A stretch of DNA of 64,000 nt from an uncultured Alphaproteobacteria bacterium (GCA_944392315.1 CALXWH010000023.1:5991-69990); one strand, 5' to 3'. Shown: positions 36,307 through 46,258, numbered from the stretch's first letter. The notes: generated by a model not told the origin, from the sequence alone. A program made the numbers and translations.

Positions 36307-38437
36307 TGCGAGAAGTTTTTTGTTTCCGTTTAAGTATAGCCACAGAGTGGCGTATGTGGTGGAATTCAGCCATCTTAAAATCAGGCTTTATGCGCAGAGA
36401 GCATTGGTACGTCAACATAATATCGTGACCGAAGGCGGCGGGGGTACAACGGAGGAACCCGATGAGGCTTTTCCGCCGTTTGAGCTGACTTCTCCTTATA
36501 CGTACAGCGATTTGTGGGATGATGATGAATTGTGTTGCAAAATTCAGACCATTCAACATTCTGATATTATGTATATTTTTAATGCGAACCATCCGATTAT
36601 GCTGCTTAAACGATATGCTAACGATGATTGGCGTTTGGAAGAATTGGAGCTTAAAAACGGGCCTTTTTTGAGTATGAATACGACCGAAACGATGATTAGC
36701 GTTACTGAAAAAACCGGCACAACGCAATTAACCGCCTCAACGGATATTTTTTCTCAAACAGATGTCGGCAGACTGGTGCGCTTGAGAGTGCTTGATGATG
36801 AGACCAAACCATGGAGTGCGGGGACTAATGTTTCAGCTTTGGAAATTCGTACTTCCGATAACAAATATTATATGGCGGTTGGTGCCGGTCAGACGGGGGC
36901 GATTAAACCGGTACACAGCGAAGGAACGCGCTCGGACGGTAATGTGTCGTGGCAATATGTTCACGATGGTATCGGGTTGGTCAAAATCAGCGAATTTACC
37001 GATGCTCAACATGTGGCTGCGGAAGTGATTTCTCGCTTGCCGGATGCGCTTGAAAAAGGAACGGTTTGTTGGGAATTGGGAATGATTCATCAGGGGAGTT
37101 CTTATCCGATTTCAGGTGCTTTTTTCAGAAACAGATTTGCGTTTTTGGTTAATTCGGAAACAGGGCCTAATGTTTGTTTGTCTTATTCGGGCGACTATAA
37201 CAATTTTGCCGATATGGATTGCGGAGAGGCTACGGCTGAAACGGCAATTACCGTGCCGGTACTCAGTACCGAATTTAATGAGGGAAAATGGATTTATGCT
37301 CGTGATGCGCTTTTTGTGGGGACGGGGGCGGCTGAGTTTTATATTGACGCAATTACGGCTTCTCAGGCGATGGCTGCTGACAATATTCGTATTTCTCAGA
37401 TTTCTACGGTTGGGAGCAAGGCGATTATGCCGGTGGCAATCGGAGCGCACGTTTTGTTTGTGGACCGATATGGTTTGAGTTTGCGCGACTTGATGTATAA
37501 CTATTATAACGACGGTTATGATCAGACGGATGTTTCTATTCTCGGAAAACATTTGTTTCAATCTCGCATTGTGGCGATGGTTTATCAGGAAGTGCCGGAT
37601 AAAGTGTTATGGTGTTTAATCGGTGACGGCAGTTTGGCGGCGGTGACTTTTTCTTCTGAGCAAGAGGTGGTGGCTTTTTCAAGACATGATGTTTCGGGAA
37701 CGGTGGAAAGTTTGACGGTTATTCCAAACTTGGATGACAATCGTGACGAATTGTGGCTAGAAGTGCGAAGAGTGGTTAATAACGCCTATCTCAGAACCGT
37801 GGAGTGGATGGATAGCGGTATGCCGCAAGCACTTCCGGTGGCAACAACGAACTTTAGTGATTGGCAGAGCAAAAACTCTCAAGAAGCGCGCTATATCAGG
37901 CAAAATTCCGTCTATCTGGATGCGGCGGTTGTTTTTGATAAAACCAATGACACTGAAACTTCTGTCCTCTCCGGTTTGGAGCACTTAGAAGGAAAAGAGG
38001 TGATGCTTTTTGGTGACGGGGCGGTTTTGGGTACCGGTGTGGTTTATAACGGGCAGATTGAGGTGCCCAAAAATATTTCGCACCTTGTCGTGGGGCTTGC
38101 AGTTTGTAGTCAATTTATACCGCAAAATGTTTATATTCCTAATGAATTTGGCAGCGGTATCGGGCAAAAACAACGCATCAATCATGTGTTGCTTTCACTT
38201 TATCTTTCCGGCGGCGGGCAAATCGGTGAAGACGAAAAATCTTTAACCGATATTCTTTACCGCGATACGGATGCTTTAATGAATGAACCGGAAGAATTGT
38301 TTAGCGGAAATAAAGAGATTTTGTTTGACGGCTCAACAACGCAAAAAGAACAGGCGGCTAACCTCTTAATCCAGACAACTGCGCCGCTGCCTCTTAATAT
38401 TTTGGCGATTGTGCCGTATTTGGATGTGGCGGAATAG
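36299..38437 (+). CDS. Nozzle / tail tubular protein B (T7 gp12 class) lacking its usual N-terminal segment
   Basis: FLFPFKYSHRVAYVVEFSHLKIRLYAQ, QTIQHSDIMYIFNANHPIMLLKR, LELKNGPF, PVHSEGTRSDGNVSWQYV, AFFRNRFAFLVNSETGPNVCLSYSGDYNNF and FVGTGAAEF follow the conserved order of this family. The start overlaps the stop of the previous ORF (ATGTCTAA). Confidence 0.65.
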   Translation: MSNARSFLFPFKYSHRVAYVVEFSHLKIRLYAQRALVRQHNIVTEGGGGTTEEPDEAFPPFELTSPYTYSDLWDDDELCCKIQTIQHSDIMYIFNANHPIMLLKRYANDDWRLEELELKNGPFLSMNTTETMISVTEKTGTTQLTASTDIFSQTDVGRLVRLRVLDDETKPWSAGTNVSALEIRTSDNKYYMAVGAGQTGAIKPVHSEGTRSDGNVSWQYVHDGIGLVKISEFTDAQHVAAEVISRLPDALEKGTVCWELGMIHQGSSYPISGAFFRNRFAFLVNSETGPNVCLSYSGDYNNFADMDCGEATAETAITVPVLSTEFNEGKWIYARDALFVGTGAAEFYIDAITASQAMAADNIRISQISTVGSKAIMPVAIGAHVLFVDRYGLSLRDLMYNYYNDGYDQTDVSILGKHLFQSRIVAMVYQEVPDKVLWCLIGDGSLAAVTFSSEQEVVAFSRHDVSGTVESLTVIPNLDDNRDELWLEVRRVVNNAYLRTVEWMDSGMPQALPVATTNFSDWQSKNSQEARYIRQNSVYLDAAVVFDKTNDTETSVLSGLEHLEGKEVMLFGDGAVLGTGVVYNGQIEVPKNISHLVVGLAVCSQFIPQNVYIPNEFGSGIGQKQRINHVLLSLYLSGGGQIGEDEKSLTDILYRDTDALMNEPEELFSGNKEILFDGSTTQKEQAANLLIQTTAPLPLNILAIVPYLDVAE

Positions 38438-38491
38438 TGCTTGGTTTTGAGGTCTTAAAAGGGGCAGATATTGCCTCTTTTTTTATGGGGT

Positions 38492-38950
38492 ATGAAGATG
38501 ATTAGAGATTATCAATCAGGCGACGCAAAGAAAATTCTGTTACAAGCGCAGCAGGCGGTTGAGGCGCAAACTTTTGCGGACGGATTTGAGCGGGTTCAGG
38601 CTTATACGTTAATTAACGACGATGGGGAAGTGTTGGCCGTATGTGGGTTTGAGGTGTTTTTTGATAATAACGAAAAAACGGCGCAATGTTATGCGCTTAT
38701 CGGGCAGAATATCGGGGGGAAACTTTTAACGCTGGTTCGGTTCTTAAAAAAAGAAATTGCCCACGAAGCGGCTCGCTTAAAAATCAAACAGGTGGTAATG
38801 ACGGTGAGGGATGATTTTGGGCAAGCGAAGCGCTTGGCGTTGATGCTCGGATTTGTTCCGGTGCGCGTGATGGAAGATTTTTTTGATGGGAAAAATTATC
38901 AACTTTATGAAAGGAGTTTTTATTATGGTGGCTCAGGCACTCTTAATTAA
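38492..38950 (+). CDS. GNAT-fold acetyltransferase-like protein
   Basis: About 150 aa. ALIGQNIGGKLLTLVRFLKKEI resembles GNAT motif A (Q/R-x-x-G-x-G/A), followed by AKRLALMLGF. The start codon is uncertain (38471, 38492 or 38498). Confidence 0.4.
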   Translation: MKMIRDYQSGDAKKILLQAQQAVEAQTFADGFERVQAYTLINDDGEVLAVCGFEVFFDNNEKTAQCYALIGQNIGGKLLTLVRFLKKEIAHEAARLKIKQVVMTVRDDFGQAKRLALMLGFVPVRVMEDFFDGKNYQLYERSFYYGGSGTLN

Positions 38951-39386
38951 AGCCGGGGTTAATTTTGCTTCCGGTTTTTTAAAAGGAAAAGAAGAACAAA
39001 ATCAATATGAAAAAAAGGCGCAACTGGCGTTACAAAATGCACAAGTTTATAGGCAAAATGCAGCAAATATTCGCTTGAGCGGGGCTCAAAACGAAGATGC
39101 TTTGCGCTCGCAAAAAAGAGCAACCGTTGCTTCGGCTTCGGCGGCTGCCGGTGAAGCGGGGATGGGCGAAAGTCCGACCACGACAACCGCTCTGGCGACG
39201 ACTTCTGCGGCGCTTGAACAGAATATCTTAAACGAAAGATATCGTGTTGAAAGCGAGGCTGAAAATTATTTGTATCAGGCGATGGTTGAAGAAGCCAACG
39301 CCAAACAATATCGCAAAGAGGGGCAAAATCGCTTTAGCGGCAATTTGCTCAGCGGGCTTTCATCTTCGCTGTCTTCTTTGTTTTAA
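38925..39386 (+). CDS. Internal virion (ejection) protein, small
   Basis: ATG 38925 has AAAGGAG upstream. 153 aa, A/Q/S-rich and helical with a hydrophobic N-terminus, positioned after the nozzle gene like T7 gp13/gp14-class proteins. Confidence 0.45.
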   Translation: MVAQALLIKAGVNFASGFLKGKEEQNQYEKKAQLALQNAQVYRQNAANIRLSGAQNEDALRSQKRATVASASAAAGEAGMGESPTTTTALATTSAALEQNILNERYRVESEAENYLYQAMVEEANAKQYRKEGQNRFSGNLLSGLSSSLSSLF

Positions 39387-39402
39387 GTTTAGGAGAGATA
39401 AG

Positions 39403-41064
39403 ATGGCAAACAGACAAAAAGTTCCTTTTATGAGATTAGGCGGCGCTATGCTTAAAAGGCCGGTGGCGGCGCAAATTACGTCTCCGGCAAGACGATTTTT
39501 GGCCTCGGATTCTTCGCTTTATGTTGATTCGGCTCTGCTTGAGGCGGCAAACACATTGGCTGATAAAATGCAAAAGACGGAAGATGAACGTTTGGCTATG
39601 CAGGCGGATGTTTCGCTTAAGGCAACGCGAGAGGCTTTGCAAAACGCCGCAACGCCTGATGAGTTGCAGAACATGGTCAAAGATGGCGATAAGGCTTTGG
39701 CGGCGCAATTTGATGGTGATGAAAAGGCAAGAGCGTTTTGGAAAAAACACGGCGATAATATTTTGGCGGCGCATCGTGATGATACGAAAAAAATTGTAGC
39801 AGAGAAGCAAATTGATTTCGGTAAGCAAAGTCTTAATTCTATGTTGGCGGATAATCAAAATTTATTGGCCGATAACGGTGATGCAGCAAAAGTCAGCAGA
39901 CTTTTGGAGATGGGGACGGATGAAATTCAAAAGACGCCGTTTTTGACGGAACCGGATAAAAAAAATTATCGGCAAGGGTATCTTAAAACCGGTATTCTTA
40001 ATGCGGCGCTAAATAATCCCGAAGCGGCTTCTCGTGCGGTTGATATGTATGTTGACGATGAGGCGGAAAAGAAACAGCTTAAAGCTCAAATTCAAGAGAC
40101 TAAATCTTTAACCGCAACGGCACAACAGCAAGATCAAGCCAAAAGGGAAAGATTGGATTTGCTCAATCGTTTAAGCGCGGCGCAAAGTTTGTGGCAACAA
40201 AAGGAGCATGGCGATATTTCTCCGGCACAATATTTTGTTTTGCGGCAAAAAAATACGGTATCAAATGCAAGCGGCGAAAAATCTCTGCAAACGATTGATA
40301 TTTGGGGTGATGACGAAGAGAGAAGTTTAACTCCTTTGAGCGAGGTTTATCGCTTGGTGCGCAAGATGAACGAAGGAACGCAACTTTCTGCTCAAGAAAT
40401 CAGTGATGCGTCTAATTATCTTATCAATGCTTATCACCAAAACAAACTTGGCTTAGAAGAAGTTTCGGCTTTGCAAAATCAACTCTTGGCAGCGCAAAGC
40501 GATAAGCCGACGGCTGAAATGATGTTTGATAAAGAAGTTGATGCGCTGGTGGATAAAGCCTTTGCGGCCGATTTATCTGCAGCATCTACGAGGGGGAATT
40601 TTATGGCGCAACAACTGATGGAAGATAAGGCTAAATTTGCGTTGGATATTTATCAAAATTACTATGCCACAAAAACGGCTTTGGCTTCTTCTTTGCAACA
40701 AAACGGCGGGCAGTTGACGCCGCTTCAGGAAAAGAAAATCAGTAGGCTTGCTTTGGACGGCGTTATCAAAGATATGATGCTTAAAACCAATGCTCAAAAA
40801 GATGCGGTAACGTTTGGCGAATTAAAAAGAGCGCTTCAATCGGCTTATGCGGGAACGGATGTCGCGCGTATTTGGAAAAAATATGCTTCTTTGGCACCGT
40901 TTGCCGAAGATAAAATTGAAACGATGCGTCAAATTGCTCGTGAGGAGCAGCGCAAAGAACTTAATTATCCGCAATTTGATTCTTACGAAGAATTGGCAGC
41001 GGCTGATTTGGCTCCCGGTGAAAAATTCTATTTTCAGGGACGATTGGCAGTGATGAAGGGTTAA
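39403..41064 (+). CDS. Internal virion (ejection) protein, medium
   Basis: ATG 39403 has AGGAGA upstream. 553 aa, strongly helical and A/Q/K/D/L-rich. The positional analog is T7 gp15. The track ORF start at 39244 overlaps the previous gene and looks spurious. Confidence 0.5.
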   Translation: MANRQKVPFMRLGGAMLKRPVAAQITSPARRFLASDSSLYVDSALLEAANTLADKMQKTEDERLAMQADVSLKATREALQNAATPDELQNMVKDGDKALAAQFDGDEKARAFWKKHGDNILAAHRDDTKKIVAEKQIDFGKQSLNSMLADNQNLLADNGDAAKVSRLLEMGTDEIQKTPFLTEPDKKNYRQGYLKTGILNAALNNPEAASRAVDMYVDDEAEKKQLKAQIQETKSLTATAQQQDQAKRERLDLLNRLSAAQSLWQQKEHGDISPAQYFVLRQKNTVSNASGEKSLQTIDIWGDDEERSLTPLSEVYRLVRKMNEGTQLSAQEISDASNYLINAYHQNKLGLEEVSALQNQLLAAQSDKPTAEMMFDKEVDALVDKAFAADLSAASTRGNFMAQQLMEDKAKFALDIYQNYYATKTALASSLQQNGGQLTPLQEKKISRLALDGVIKDMMLKTNAQKDAVTFGELKRALQSAYAGTDVARIWKKYASLAPFAEDKIETMRQIAREEQRKELNYPQFDSYEELAAADLAPGEKFYFQGRLAVMKG

Positions 41065-41092
41065 TGGTTTTTGTTTTAAGGTAGGATTTGAT

Positions 41093-44000
41093 ATGAATAA
41101 AGTTGATGATGATTTTAAGGGCGTTGCGTCGGGTGAGGGGTTGATGCAAACGCCTATTCCTTATGCCGATGATGAGCTTCAGCAAACGATTTTGCCAAAT
41201 GTTACGAATGATGATGAAACGCAGTCTATTTTTAAATCAGAAGTTCCGCAGACGTTACTGAAGTTACCGGATGATGGGGCCGATGATGTTTCGCAAGCAT
41301 TAGATAATCAAACTTCTGATGATAGTGCGCTTCAAGATAGCGGCGTTTCTTTGAGAGCCTCAACGGCTTCTGCTCCTCGGACGCAAGATTTGCAGCTTGA
41401 TTTTGGCGAGAAGAGTACCGATTTACCGTTCACTTATGTGGAAGAAGAGCACAATTTGCAATTTCCGGTTATTTCTGCCGATAGTGTGGATGCCGATAAA
41501 CCGCATACCAGTTTTCAGGTTATCGGGGATTGGTTAAAGCAGGCAACCGATGTGCAGACGTATTGGAATGCGTTGGAGAGCTTGGGGGAGGATGTTGCTG
41601 ACTATACTTGGGCTTATAATGAAGGGAGTATGGGCGAGTTTGATGCGGGGGCGTTTGGCAAAGAAGCTCTTAAAGCCGGTGCCAGAGGGTTTACTTCCGA
41701 TAATTTGCGAATGATCGGAAATGTGTTGTCTTATTTTGGGACGAATATTGAAAATAAGAACCTCACGACCGGTTTGATGACTTCAGGTGCGGCATTGTTT
41801 GCACCGGAAGCCGGATCTATCTTAAAAAATATCGGTCATAAATTTCAAAATTATGCCGATAAGATAGATACGAATTCGGTTTTGGCACCGTCTGTTGAGG
41901 CGTACAACACAGACCCCAGTTGGGCGAAATTGGCGAATGTTTTGGGGCAGGGCTCGGCACAAGTTTTAACGATGGGCGCTTTATCCAAATATATCGGGGC
42001 GGGGCCGACTTATCTGTTATTTGCAGGCGGCGGTGCGGCGCAGGTGTTTAATGAGTCTTATCAAAAAGATGAAAATGTTGATGTCGCTAACACAGCGGCT
42101 TTGCTTTCGGGCGGAACGACTTTTATGATTGATAAGCTGTTTAATCCGTTGCCAAAACAGATTTCCGAAAGTGCTAAGATGACTTCTCAAATGATTGCCA
42201 AAGAAGTTGTCGGGGCGCCGCTTCGTGAAGCCGGTTCTGAAGTTTTGCAGCAACTGTTGGCAGAAAATTTGGTTAGAAAAGTCGGTATTGACGATACGCA
42301 GGAACTCTTTGAAGGGTTGATTGAAAGTGCATTGGGGGCAATTGCCGGTACGTCGGCTTTGATGGGTGCTGACGGAAGTATCTATTATGCGCGAAAAACG
42401 TATGACGATGTGCGGCAGCGGATGTTGCTTAAAGGGGTTAGTGATGAGGAAATTGAACTCTTTACAAAAAGCACGTTAGAGTTTTTGCAACAAAAGCCTG
42501 AAGCTTTCGGAAAAGTGTTATCTTATTCATTGGAGCAAAACCTCAAAGCTATGGAAAAGGCTACGACTGAAGCGGAGCCGCAAGATAGAAGCTTGCGGAA
42601 AGCAGACATTAAGGCGTTTAGAAAAATATATGATACGATGTATAAACGGACGCTTAAAGCTACCAATGATAAAAGCAAAGCGCAAATTACCGCCGGTATG
42701 ATGCAGGCGACGGCGATGGCTTTGTATGATGTGGATAAGACTTTTTCGCCACAGAAAATCTTGATGGAAAATATTCCGGAAGTGAAACAAACAACGTATG
42801 AGAATTTTAAGAAAAATTTAGCGCCCAATACTTCGGTCTTGTTTCAATTTGGCGGTATTAATGCCAAGTATGCCGACTATAAGAGGCTCAGCGAGGCGTA
42901 TCGTTTGGAGGCGGAAGATTATATGCCGCGATTTATTTGGAATAAAACCGGATGGTATCGCGGAACTGATGGAAAGTGGCGTTTTGAAATCAGCGATGCT
43001 AAGGCCAAACTTAAACTTGATTTTAATGTGAAAGAAGATGAACTCCCGAAGCAATATTGGAAGTCTTATGTGCGTAAGTTGGAAGAAATTGAAGCGCAGG
43101 ATATTATTCAACTGCGCTCTTTTGAAGATTCACTCATAAGCGGCGGCAGTCTTGCTAAAGAACTTTATAACTATATGTATGATGATTTCATTGAGTTTTT
43201 GGATAAAAATTACAGTGGTCATTTTTCTTTTAAGCAGGGGCGAACCGGCGATGTTTCTATTCTTGATTCCGAGCATAATTTTGAAAAGCGCATTGAAGAT
43301 GAAAAAGGGCAGGTTGCGACCCGTGTGCAAGGGTTATTAGATGGGTATATGTATCTTTCTGAAAGAAATAAACAGCACGCGACAAGCGAAATGCCCTTAT
43401 TGCGCGATATGACCTTAAAGCAAGTGTTGATGGATAGAGAAAAATTTGATGTTTTGGATGAAAATGATACAAGGCATTTGGTTTCCGCCAATGAAAACGC
43501 AGAAGTTTCCAATGCGCAAGAACAGCTAAGCAGTCAACAAGCAGGAACAGCACAAGATGTTTTGGCGGTTGTGCGCTCTTCTGATTATAAAAAAGGAACG
43601 GATGAAAACTTTAATCAGGCCATGCATGACTTGCTTTCAACTTATCAGAATATGAAAGTTTATAATCCGTCGCTTCAGCGCGAAATAGAAATAAGTACGC
43701 CTTCTGTAATGCTTGAGGGAAATTTGGATGATATGCATAAGATGTTGATTCCGTATTTACCGATGTTGCTTGAAAAAGGTGTCTTTTATCCAAAGAATTT
43801 GGGACGAAAAAAAGAACCTGATGCGAAGGCATATTATCAGGCTGTTTTGCCGATTGAAATTGACGGTGAGAAAAATCATATAGCACTTCTTCTTAAAGAA
43901 GATATTAACGGTCGTTTGATATGGAATTCTGAACTGCAAAATATCTCCGCTAAAGAGGCAGAACATACAACCAGAGCGCCGCTTAAAAGTCGTCAGGCCG

Positions 44001-46174
44001 CAAATACCAATGTGTCGCCGCTCGGAAATATTTATACGAGCGAACAGATGAAAATTATTCGTTCGGCGATGGAAGAATATTCTTATTTGAATTTTATTGA
44101 CGAGATTTGGCGCAGTGCTGTTGATGTGGATAAAAATATTGAGCGTTTGGATAAGTTTTTGAATAAAGCCGGCGTTAAAACCAGTGCTTTTGAAAATTAT
44201 GTGCAATCGCTTGATGAAGATTTGCAACGTCGGGTCAGTAACCGTGAAGCGGCTATTAAACGCTTAGGGTTGCCCGATGTGGAGGATTTGTATGAAGATG
44301 TGGACAGAGAAAAGTTTTATCGGATGTATCTCGCCGGACAGGGGGATTTTCATAAGCCTTATTTTAATATGAATTATATGCAAAAACTTTATCGCGATGC
44401 GCACATCCCGCTCTCTATGGTGGATAGATTTTTTGCTCAACCGCAATATCGCTATATGACGTATATGGAAAAAACCGCTATGGCCGATTTGTTGGATCAG
44501 GTGTATCGTATTTATCGGTTTCATAAAGAGCTTGATTTTGCCAGATTGGCCGAAAAACGCGATATTCAAGCCGCAAATGCTTTTGTTCAGGAGCATCTTG
44601 AGGATGGTGATGAAAGTCTGCGACGGTATTGGGCAGAACGGCAGCTCTTGCTTGATAAAAAGGAAATGAAGCTGGGGGATTTGTTGGATCATGAAGAACT
44701 CTATAAAAATTATCCGGAGCTTAAAGATGTGACGGTGCGTTTTGACGAGCTGAATAATGATGACGGGTATCACTTTTATCATGACAGAAATCTTGAAAGT
44801 GATGTTTTGGAGATTGATCCGAGGATGTTTGATTATGCCAACCTTAAAGATTTGCTGATGAAGGGGGCGGCGTTTGCTATTCAGATGAAGGAGCATTTTG
44901 ATTTGAGCTTATCTGAGACGCAGATGAAAAACTTTATGGATAGGCATATCTATTTGGCTAAAGCGGAAGTTATGCCCAAAATCATCAACGGTTTGGATTT
45001 GTTTTTTGCGCGATATATGCCCGAAGAGCGCGCCAAAAACTATGTGGTTGAAAAAGATATGCCGATTTCGTTATTAGACATTTATAAAAGCCAGAGCAAA
45101 AACGCTCCCTCTAATGCCACAAAGTCTTCGCAATCTGTGCAACACGTTAAATATTCGGATATTGATTTTGATGCCGTGTTTAAAAAAATGGATGAAAAAT
45201 ACGGGCAATATCTGCTCAATCCGGATGAACGGAAGTTGGCTGATTTCGCATATTCGGAGTTAATGGACCTACGGCACAAGATGAATATGGAAATGATTAT
45301 TCGGGCGAGAATTTCTTCCGGTTATTACATCACGGCGCCGTTTCCTTGGATGGGGGAAGCATCTCAGGGAAATATTGATATGCGGGCGATGCTCAGAAGG
45401 CAAAATTATTCTGATTGGCAGAGGAGCTTTGCTTATTGGGATGATGCCAAAAAAGAACCATTGGTTGATAAAAGTAAACTTAATTACGCTTCGCTGCAGC
45501 GGTATGCCGATTATGCCGACAGCGAGGATACGCAATATCCATTTTTGCCTGAAAGTAAGCGTATTCTTCCGGATGATGATGAAACGGTGCCCGGTGTTCC
45601 TGATGCCATTAGCTCCACGAATATGGCAATGGCAAGAGGCGCTTATGATATGGCGGATAAAACAATTTATTTGTTTGAAAAAGCTAATGCGGAAACTATT
45701 GTTCACGAAACTTTTCACTATCTCAGTCAACTGTTTCAGACCTCACAGTTTAACCGAAATTCTTACTTAACGGCTGTTTATAATCGGGAGATGGAACGGT
45801 TTAGAAAAATTATTTTGCGAAACTATGAGGTGGTTAAAGCGGACGATGGTTATCGTTTGTTTTATCGGCAAGGGGAGAAATTTTTACCCGATATTCCAAG
45901 GCGCTTTTTTACGGCAGAAGAGGCGGTAACCGATGGGGCGGAGGAAGTCTTTGTGGATCGTTTGTTGTATGCGCTGGATCATAAACTTTATCCGGAAAGT
46001 GAAGATGAAGATTTATTATTCTATTTTTATACAATCTGGTTGGATCATTTAACCAATACGGTGCTGGTGCATCGGGATAAGTATAATGATGATGCCAAAA
46101 ATCTGCTCTCTAATGCTGATCGGTATCACTCTAAAGCGCGTTCTCGCTTTATGAAAAAACTTGATATGTGGTAA
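41093..46174 (+). CDS. Giant internal virion / polyvalent protein with an HExxH metallopeptidase-like motif
   Basis: 1693 aa. It has an N-terminal Gly-rich hydrophobic region typical of podovirus core proteins. FIWNKTGWYRGTDGKWRFEISD (about 42940-43000) resembles a domain recurrent in large polyvalent phage/conjugative-element proteins. HETFH lies at 45704-45718 (residue 1538). Confidence 0.65.
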   Translation: MNKVDDDFKGVASGEGLMQTPIPYADDELQQTILPNVTNDDETQSIFKSEVPQTLLKLPDDGADDVSQALDNQTSDDSALQDSGVSLRASTASAPRTQDLQLDFGEKSTDLPFTYVEEEHNLQFPVISADSVDADKPHTSFQVIGDWLKQATDVQTYWNALESLGEDVADYTWAYNEGSMGEFDAGAFGKEALKAGARGFTSDNLRMIGNVLSYFGTNIENKNLTTGLMTSGAALFAPEAGSILKNIGHKFQNYADKIDTNSVLAPSVEAYNTDPSWAKLANVLGQGSAQVLTMGALSKYIGAGPTYLLFAGGGAAQVFNESYQKDENVDVANTAALLSGGTTFMIDKLFNPLPKQISESAKMTSQMIAKEVVGAPLREAGSEVLQQLLAENLVRKVGIDDTQELFEGLIESALGAIAGTSALMGADGSIYYARKTYDDVRQRMLLKGVSDEEIELFTKSTLEFLQQKPEAFGKVLSYSLEQNLKAMEKATTEAEPQDRSLRKADIKAFRKIYDTMYKRTLKATNDKSKAQITAGMMQATAMALYDVDKTFSPQKILMENIPEVKQTTYENFKKNLAPNTSVLFQFGGINAKYADYKRLSEAYRLEAEDYMPRFIWNKTGWYRGTDGKWRFEISDAKAKLKLDFNVKEDELPKQYWKSYVRKLEEIEAQDIIQLRSFEDSLISGGSLAKELYNYMYDDFIEFLDKNYSGHFSFKQGRTGDVSILDSEHNFEKRIEDEKGQVATRVQGLLDGYMYLSERNKQHATSEMPLLRDMTLKQVLMDREKFDVLDENDTRHLVSANENAEVSNAQEQLSSQQAGTAQDVLAVVRSSDYKKGTDENFNQAMHDLLSTYQNMKVYNPSLQREIEISTPSVMLEGNLDDMHKMLIPYLPMLLEKGVFYPKNLGRKKEPDAKAYYQAVLPIEIDGEKNHIALLLKEDINGRLIWNSELQNISAKEAEHTTRAPLKSRQAANTNVSPLGNIYTSEQMKIIRSAMEEYSYLNFIDEIWRSAVDVDKNIERLDKFLNKAGVKTSAFENYVQSLDEDLQRRVSNREAAIKRLGLPDVEDLYEDVDREKFYRMYLAGQGDFHKPYFNMNYMQKLYRDAHIPLSMVDRFFAQPQYRYMTYMEKTAMADLLDQVYRIYRFHKELDFARLAEKRDIQAANAFVQEHLEDGDESLRRYWAERQLLLDKKEMKLGDLLDHEELYKNYPELKDVTVRFDELNNDDGYHFYHDRNLESDVLEIDPRMFDYANLKDLLMKGAAFAIQMKEHFDLSLSETQMKNFMDRHIYLAKAEVMPKIINGLDLFFARYMPEERAKNYVVEKDMPISLLDIYKSQSKNAPSNATKSSQSVQHVKYSDIDFDAVFKKMDEKYGQYLLNPDERKLADFAYSELMDLRHKMNMEMIIRARISSGYYITAPFPWMGEASQGNIDMRAMLRRQNYSDWQRSFAYWDDAKKEPLVDKSKLNYASLQRYADYADSEDTQYPFLPESKRILPDDDETVPGVPDAISSTNMAMARGAYDMADKTIYLFEKANAETIVHETFHYLSQLFQTSQFNRNSYLTAVYNREMERFRKIILRNYEVVKADDGYRLFYRQGEKFLPDIPRRFFTAEEAVTDGAEEVFVDRLLYALDHKLYPESEDEDLLFYFYTIWLDHLTNTVLVHRDKYNDDAKNLLSNADRYHSKARSRFMKKLDMW

Positions 46175-46196
46175 GAGGGTATGTGTAAGTAAATAC

Positions 46197-46225
46197 TTGC
46201 ATTTATATATCGGCAGTTCTATAAT
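46197..46225 (+). promoter_or_regulatory. Near-consensus sigma70 promoter for the 507-aa gene
   Basis: TTGCAT (46197-46202), 17-nt spacer, TATAAT (46220-46225). Confidence 0.6.
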
Positions 46226-46258
46226 GCCTTAGTTTTTTTCTTTTGACGGAGTTTTTTT

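Noticed and set aside
36285-36310. Programmed ribosomal frameshift joining ORF 35239-36306 to ORF 36299-38437
   Set aside because: ORF2 is in the +1 frame, but there is no slippery heptamer or prfB-like CUU-UGA context. The ATGTCTAA start/stop overlap is the usual signature of translational coupling of two separate proteins. This remains testable by mass spectrometry.
43757-45730. Several 150-210-aa minus-strand ORFs (43757-44227, 44264-44896, 45269-45730)
   Set aside because: All lie antisense inside the uninterrupted 1693-codon gene. Their I/F/K/H-rich shadow composition and lack of SD sequences argue against coding.
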